NCBI GenBank assembly: GCA_034226945.1
Contig: CP120455.1
Span: 372,001 to 436,000 of the forward strand
Direction of reading: 5' to 3'
Length of the DNA stretch: 64,000 nucleotides
DNA from: Picochlorum sp. SENEW3
Lineage: Eukaryota
Part shown: positions 58,244 to 64,000 of the stretch, piece by piece
How positions within the stretch are numbered: the stretch's first letter is position 1
Layout of the letters: every line of letters begins with the position of its first letter
Notes under the pieces: generated by a model
Seen by the model: only the letters and a program-made list of their open reading frames with translations
Database searches by the model: none
Told to the model about the DNA's origin: nothing
Position numbers and translations under genes: made by a program

Positions 58244-60449
58244 ATGCCCTGTGCTTCTTCTTCTTCTTCTTCGTCTTCTTTTGAAAACCAAAGTGAACAC
58301 GAGCGACATACTGCTGTTTCAACGTCGAATATTCATTCATTAGTGGCATCTCTGTCAACATTATCTGTGGGAAGAAGAAGGAGACAGGAAAGGAAGAAAT
58401 CTCGTTCCAACGGAATTGACACTGGTGGAGGTCAGGAGAGTGTTGTGGCAGCTGATCAGTTGGAGGATTTATTCAAAATAGCTGAGGAAGCAGTTGATTC
58501 TGGAAAAGGGACAAGAAAAGGCAGGGTGATGGGAGAACCAACTTTTTCCTCGAGATGCATGAGCGACACGACTGCTCTGTTGGCAGATTGTCCTGATAGT
58601 GTGCGGCATATTGATACATTGTTTGTGAAGCAGGCTGATGCGATTGAGCTGGCGGATCAGTGTAATAAAGGGTTGGGAGAGTTGCCTCGGCCCACGTTGG
58701 TTGTGTCAAAGGATTCAAATATTCCCAAGCAGCAGAATGGGTTGTATGTGGGTGATCATCATCAGCGACAGGATGGAGAAAAGGCATCAGCTGAGGAGGA
58801 GGAGGATAAAATAAAAGCAGATGGTGGCGGTGAGGAGGAGGAGGAGAAGATTCCTGCACATCATGTGTTTGACTTTTCACAGGAGGATGCGGAATGTCCA
58901 GATATTTACAGTGATGATGGGGAGGAGGAGGATGGTGGAGAGCGGGTTGATGCGGAGTTGCGGCAGAAATATATGGATATACTATCAGAATTGAATAAAG
59001 GTATTGGAGAAAAGAGTGCTGCTGCTGGGCCCGGGGATGAAGAAAAAGAGGAAACAGAAGAGGAGAAGAAGAAGAGGGAACTGGAGGATGACAAGGCCAT
59101 TCTGTCGCGGCCACGGTATCCGAATGTTATTCGGATTTTCTGTAGAGAATTTTTGAATTCATCAAAAGGGATGTATTATAGAAAATTCAATGCCTGCTCT
59201 GTGGCAGCGGCATGGAAGGTTCATCTGGAGAATGATCCTGCCAAGCTGCATTGGTACGAGGTGATTCGGGAGAATTTTCCATGTCACTTGTACTTTGATC
59301 TCGAGTTTCCTCGAGATGCTGAGGGATTGAATAAAGACGTAGATGGTGATGCGTATGTCGATGTGTTACTTGCATATGTGAGGAAAAGATTACGGTATGG
59401 TTGTGTTCTGCATTGCCACATCATCCCATGCTTGTATTTGTCATGACTTTTTTTGTGCTTTTTGCAGGGAGGGATTTTCTTTAGAGTTTCCTGATGCAAA
59501 TGTATATGAATTAGATTCGTCTTCGGAAGCAAAGTTTTCTCGACATTTGATCGTGAGGATTGAGAATTACGCATTTTATAATAATATTGCGGTGGGTGAC
59601 TTTGTTGCACAAGTTCTTGCAGAGTCTGGAACATCATTGTTCGTGAAGGATAAGAACAAAAAGGACACGTATTTTGTTGACACGGCAGTATATACAAAGA
59701 ATAGACATTTTAGGCTTGTGTATTCGTGTAAAGGGGGGCGGAAAGCTTCGTTGATGCCGACGCATCGGTTTGCCATGGCAAGGCAGCCCTTGCCAACGCC
59801 CGCTCAGATATTCAAGGAGACAATGGTGACGGGCGTCGATCCTTCTGCGACACTCCTATCCGTGAGACCCCTCCATCAATTTTCTTCATCCAAGGTACAG
59901 AAAGCTGGCGTGGGTACCTCAAATATCCGAATAGATCGTGGGATGGTGAAGAAGGATGCCAAAGACATGCTTCCAGACGCTGCTGCTATGAAGAGTACGT
60001 TTTTGGACTTTTCTTATTCAAGTAATCATCTTACATGGCGTGTTGACTATGTTCTATGTTCATGTACAGAACTGCAATCAATTGCAAATGCAGCCATCCC
60101 TTTCATTGAACAGTTTGGAGCAAAGAGGGCAGGGAGACCAACCACTGTTAGGACTGTACAAATTTGTGGTGGGAATGGCCGTGTCGCATACAGCATGCTT
60201 GGTACGTGTTTTCCAAGCTGCAACATCGTTGATCAAACAATATGTATAACATATATTTGGTTTTGAAATGCAGGAGACGGTGCGCATTACTGTGGAAACA
60301 TTGGCAGAGATCACCAGAGTAATTTCATCTACTATGTGGCAAACTTTTCAACGCTTGGATTGGTTCAAAAATGCTATGACCCGGATTGCAGAAAGTACAA
60401 ATCGGCAGTGTTTGATATTCCAACGAAATTTGCATGGAATCCAGAGTAA
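58244..60449 (+). CDS. PRIMPOL: DNA primase-polymerase PrimPol
   Basis: YEVIRE..PCHLYFDLEF, KFSRHL, VDTAVYTKNRHFR, Zn finger YCGNIGRDHQSN...QKCYDPDC; three introns. Confidence 0.95.
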
Positions 60450-60454
60450 ACAAA

Positions 60455-61654
60455 CTAATGTATTTTCGCCGTCTTCTCGACAAGTTCCAGCAGGCCAGAT
60501 TTCAACCTGGCTGCTGCATCACGACAAGCATCTTCTGGCAAATTCCCAAAAGCTATTCGAATGTATCCCTTGCACCCACAGGAGCTTCCTGGTATAACAC
60601 ATATTTTATGCTTTTTAACCAACCATTCAACCACTTTTTCATCGTCTTCATATCCTTCTGGTAACTTGCAAAATACATAAATAGCCCCCTCTGATGGGAC
60701 AAGAGCATCTTCTCCCAAACAGGATACTGCATCTAGCACATATGCTCTGTTTGTGTCCTCCAACATCTTCACTCGCTCGTTCACCCACGATCGGCCCGCC
60801 TCTAATGCCCCTAGAGACATGTACTGACTCAACTGTGTCGCACAAATAGGAACAGTATCTTGAACTTTGAGCAACTGGGCAGCCAAATTTCCTGGTGCAT
60901 CTTTATGGAAGGCAATATATCCCTGCCTCCACCCCATCATGCCAAACGCTTTGCTAAATGAGAATATATGAATCACATGGGGGTCACTGGGGCAGTAATG
61001 CTCGTGTCCTTCGTATGTAAAATGCTCATAGGTATTATCAATCACCAGCCACACATTGTGAGTTCTACAGAGTGCTGCAGCACGATCCAGCTCGTCTTTG
61101 GTCATTACAACCCCTGTCGGGTTGTTAGGATTTACTAATACAACCATTTTTGTGCGCGGATGTTGTGACAAATGTTCCTCCAACCATGCCAAATCTGGAT
61201 GAAATGTGCCTCGAGTGCAAGGCCCAATCTGCATAGCCTCTGTTCCCAAAGTCATGGAGATCATCATGTGATGGTTGAAATAATATGGTGCGAATAGAAC
61301 AGCAGAATCTCCTTCATCGGCAAGTGCAAGAACAATATTCGCAAATGCTTGCTGTGCTCCATGTGTTACATGAGCAATGTAGTCTCGGGACAATGAATTC
61401 TCATTTGCCAACTTGCGTACAAGTTGTTCCCTCAACTCCGGCATCCCTTCATCAGGTCCGTACCCGTGAATTATCGAGTGTTCTGTATCCATATTTTTGA
61501 CAATTGTCTGCACTCGAGAGAGAGCTTGGGGTGGAGGTTCCCAAAACACAATACCTTGGGCCAAACTCAGTGTCCCCTGCGTTGAGGCCACCAGTGCCCT
61601 CATCCTTGTGACCACCGGGTCCTGCGTCGTTTCGATTCGATGTGACACACTCAT
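60455..61654 (-). CDS. Class I/II PLP aminotransferase (ISS1/VAS1-like)
   Basis: SLAQGIVFW.PP, YGPDEG, NPNNPTG, DNTYE, SFSKAFGMMGWR; possible upstream extension. Confidence 0.92.
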   Translation of the reverse strand: MSVSHRIETTQDPVVTRMRALVASTQGTLSLAQGIVFWEPPPQALSRVQTIVKNMDTEHSIIHGYGPDEGMPELREQLVRKLANENSLSRDYIAHVTHGAQQAFANIVLALADEGDSAVLFAPYYFNHHMMISMTLGTEAMQIGPCTRGTFHPDLAWLEEHLSQHPRTKMVVLVNPNNPTGVVMTKDELDRAAALCRTHNVWLVIDNTYEHFTYEGHEHYCPSDPHVIHIFSFSKAFGMMGWRQGYIAFHKDAPGNLAAQLLKVQDTVPICATQLSQYMSLGALEAGRSWVNERVKMLEDTNRAYVLDAVSCLGEDALVPSEGAIYVFCKLPEGYEDDEKVVEWLVKKHKICVIPGSSCGCKGYIRIAFGNLPEDACRDAAARLKSGLLELVEKTAKIH

Positions 61655-62221
61655 GTCCTTCTTTCCTGCAGATGGACGGACGACTGTTCTTGTTCGAGCG
61701 CGTTGACCACAATCCCCAACTCTCTGGCTTTTGACAGTATCCAAAGACGTGAACCAGAAAAAGGACGACAGAAAACTCCCTTCCATCAAAACATGCTACA
61801 ACGAATTCCAATCAAATAATGGACAGATTACTACTATCAATGATAAAAAATAATGTTGACACGAATCTCAGATAGGAATACTTTTTGAATACAGGAGAAA
61901 CGAAATGTCACGGGTTTCTCTGGCAGGAATTTTTCTTCCTTGGAATGGATGAACATCTCTGTCGTCGGTGCCGGTCAACCAATCATCTGACCGATGCGTG
62001 TGAATCTCTCTATGCAGACACACATAGTGCCATTGATCAATGTGTTGCAATCTTTATTCCTCTGCATTCACCGCCAGTTGGTAACTGTTTGGGTCCCTCT
62101 CCAGACTGCCACGTCCCTCAGCGTGCTCTTCTTGACAGCTGCATTCATTGTATCATCATGACACGCGAGTAGCTAGCACATGTTCTAGTGCATGGACCCG
62201 TAATCTTCTAGTATCGATAGA

Positions 62222-63061
62222 TTATTTATCGTGAGCATTGGCCCCTGCTTCTATCAATGCGTTGACCCTCTCAGCATGACCATGGTGCACAGCTGCCCTC
62301 AAGGCAGTCCACCCATCACTGTCACAATAATTCACATCCGCGCCTTTTTCAATCAATGCATGAACCCTCTCAACATCACCATATCGAGACGCCTCCATCA
62401 ACGCAGTCCACCCATGTTTGTCGCAAGCATTCACATCAGCACCTGCTTCAATCAAGGCAAAAATTCTCTCAACATCACCATGTCGAGATGCCTCCATCAA
62501 CGCAGTCCACCCCTCCTTGTCACACGCATTCACATCAGTCCCTGCTTCAATCAAGGCACAAACTCGTTCTACATCACCACCATCACCAGAGGCAGCCATC
62601 AAAGCAGTCTTCCCATCTTTGTCAGGAACATTCACATCAGCTCCTGCATCAATCAAGGCATTGACCCTCTCAACATCGCCACCACCTCCAGAAGCAATCA
62701 TCAATGCAGTCCAACCATGCTGATTTTCAGCATTCACATCAGCCCCTGCGTCAATTAAAGCGCGAACTCTCGCAAGATCGCCACCATCACCAGAAGCAAA
62801 CATCAACGCAGTCCATCCATCATTGTCACATGCATTCACATCTGCGCCTTTTTCAATCAAGGCACAGACTTTCTCAACATCTCCAGCTCCAGAAGCATGC
62901 ATCAATGCAGTCCTTTTATTATCATCATCATGACGAGCATTCACATCTGCCCCCTCTTCGATCAAGGCATACAGTCTCTCAACAGTATCATTTCCAAGAG
63001 CAGAAAACAAGGCAGCCACATCATGCCGTGTTTGGGCACCCGACTCCCTGAATTCTTCCAT
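62222..63061 (-). CDS. Tandem ankyrin-repeat protein
   Basis: About eight repeats of GADVNAxDxxGWTALMxAS..GDVERVxALIE, highly similar at DNA level; intronless. Confidence 0.95.
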   Translation of the reverse strand: MEEFRESGAQTRHDVAALFSALGNDTVERLYALIEEGADVNARHDDDNKRTALMHASGAGDVEKVCALIEKGADVNACDNDGWTALMFASGDGGDLARVRALIDAGADVNAENQHGWTALMIASGGGGDVERVNALIDAGADVNVPDKDGKTALMAASGDGGDVERVCALIEAGTDVNACDKEGWTALMEASRHGDVERIFALIEAGADVNACDKHGWTALMEASRYGDVERVHALIEKGADVNYCDSDGWTALRAAVHHGHAERVNALIEAGANAHDK

Positions 63062-63504
63062 GTTCAATCCCTATCCCCCATATTTCTTTTTTTTTATTTC
63101 AATCTATTGATATGGCTGCTCGAAACCTTCCATATACGAGAGGTTGGCATCTTTTTAATTTTCAAAATTTCAAAATTTCAAATTGGACAGGTAGATGACA
63201 AGGAGCAGATGGGGCCATGTTTGTGAACCACCGCACCGCACGCCAATCATCATCATCATCATCATCATCAGTTCCAGTGTTATGTAGTAGTACTCAAGTA
63301 CTGGGTCGTACTCTAGGAAACCAGTCCGTTGTCAATGGAACGTATGATTGTTTGGATACTGGATGGTGTCATCAGATGTGGATCTGTTGACAATACTCAT
63401 AGACGTACTTACTACTACAGTATAATTTATATAGGACCTAACCAAATAAAGCAGTATAATTTAATTTTTTGGCAGAATTAGGTATCGTTTTCTCATAACT
63501 CAGG

Positions 63505-63914
63505 TCCATTTAAAAAAGGAGCTTGTAACGTCGACCTCAACAACGTCCTCAAACAGTGTCCCAGACCAGAAGGAAGAGCTCGCAAACGAACTCTATGATC
63601 TGTTTTTATTGAAAAAAGAGGTTGAGAAAGAGAAGGAGAGGATTAAAAGAAAATGGAGGCCAATATTGGATATTGATGGGCTGTTGGAGGAGGCCTTCTC
63701 TGAATTTCCAAGGATTCCTACAACTGCGGCAATGGAGCAATAGTTGTACCAACAGACAGAGACACGCAGAGATTCAAAGGAGTTGGATGGAGGGTTTGAT
63801 GCACTTGATGGAAATGAATATGACCGCAGTACGGCTCCCGAGGAGGCACCTGTTTGGCACAACAAGACAATGCCCTGAAGGACAAGGATACACCACCAGG
63901 GTATCATGAGCTAG
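63505..63914 (+). pseudogene. Possible disrupted coding sequence
   Basis: One frame reads protein-like (QKEELANELYDLFLLKKEVEKEKERIKRKWRP...AMEQ*LYQQ...) across an in-frame TAG near 63740 and later stops. Confidence 0.3.
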
Positions 63915-64000
63915 AGAGTCTCAACAATACTCGAGAGCATCAGAGAATCTAAAATAACAGAAGCGCTAGAAGTAAGGAACAAGAAGAGAAAGACTGCTGC

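Noticed and set aside
62222..63061. CRISPR-like regular repeats
   Set aside because: Units are in-frame ankyrin codons without unique spacers; eukaryotic context with no cas genes.

Overview
This is gene-dense eukaryotic nuclear DNA. It has about 40 protein genes in 64 kb, short GT-AG introns (mostly 60-125 nt), TGTAA-type polyA signals, and plastid- or mitochondrion-targeted plant-type proteins. That pattern suggests a compact chlorophyte microalga (Trebouxiophyceae, Picochlorum-like); this is an inference, not a database result. Most genes are housekeeping: PSMB2, BUD13, GCN2, ADE2, ArgJ, NAA20, EF-P, PEX3, AMT1, 14-3-3, UBC13, CAT, RPB7, KCS, ataxin-2, TRAPPC2, TM9SF, PDCD5, UGlyAH and PrimPol. 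Two small spliced mitochondrial genes were reconstructed by hand (ATP synthase 6 kDa/j subunit, absent from the ORF track; complex I NDUFC1/KFYI, only partly in it). Most notable observations: (1) a secreted PL14-lyase-like + extensin linker + GH46 chitosanase fusion; (2) a probable nuclear bicistron with a 1-nt spacer (membrane protein + Ycf33); (3) several unannotated, strongly fold-back intergenic/intronic elements, some behind TATA-like boxes; (4) a PNPase paralogue with eroded catalytic motifs; (5) a Cys-rich insertion in AMT1. No rRNA, tRNA, CRISPR array or recognisable transposase was found. Exon boundaries and RNA pairings were read by eye.
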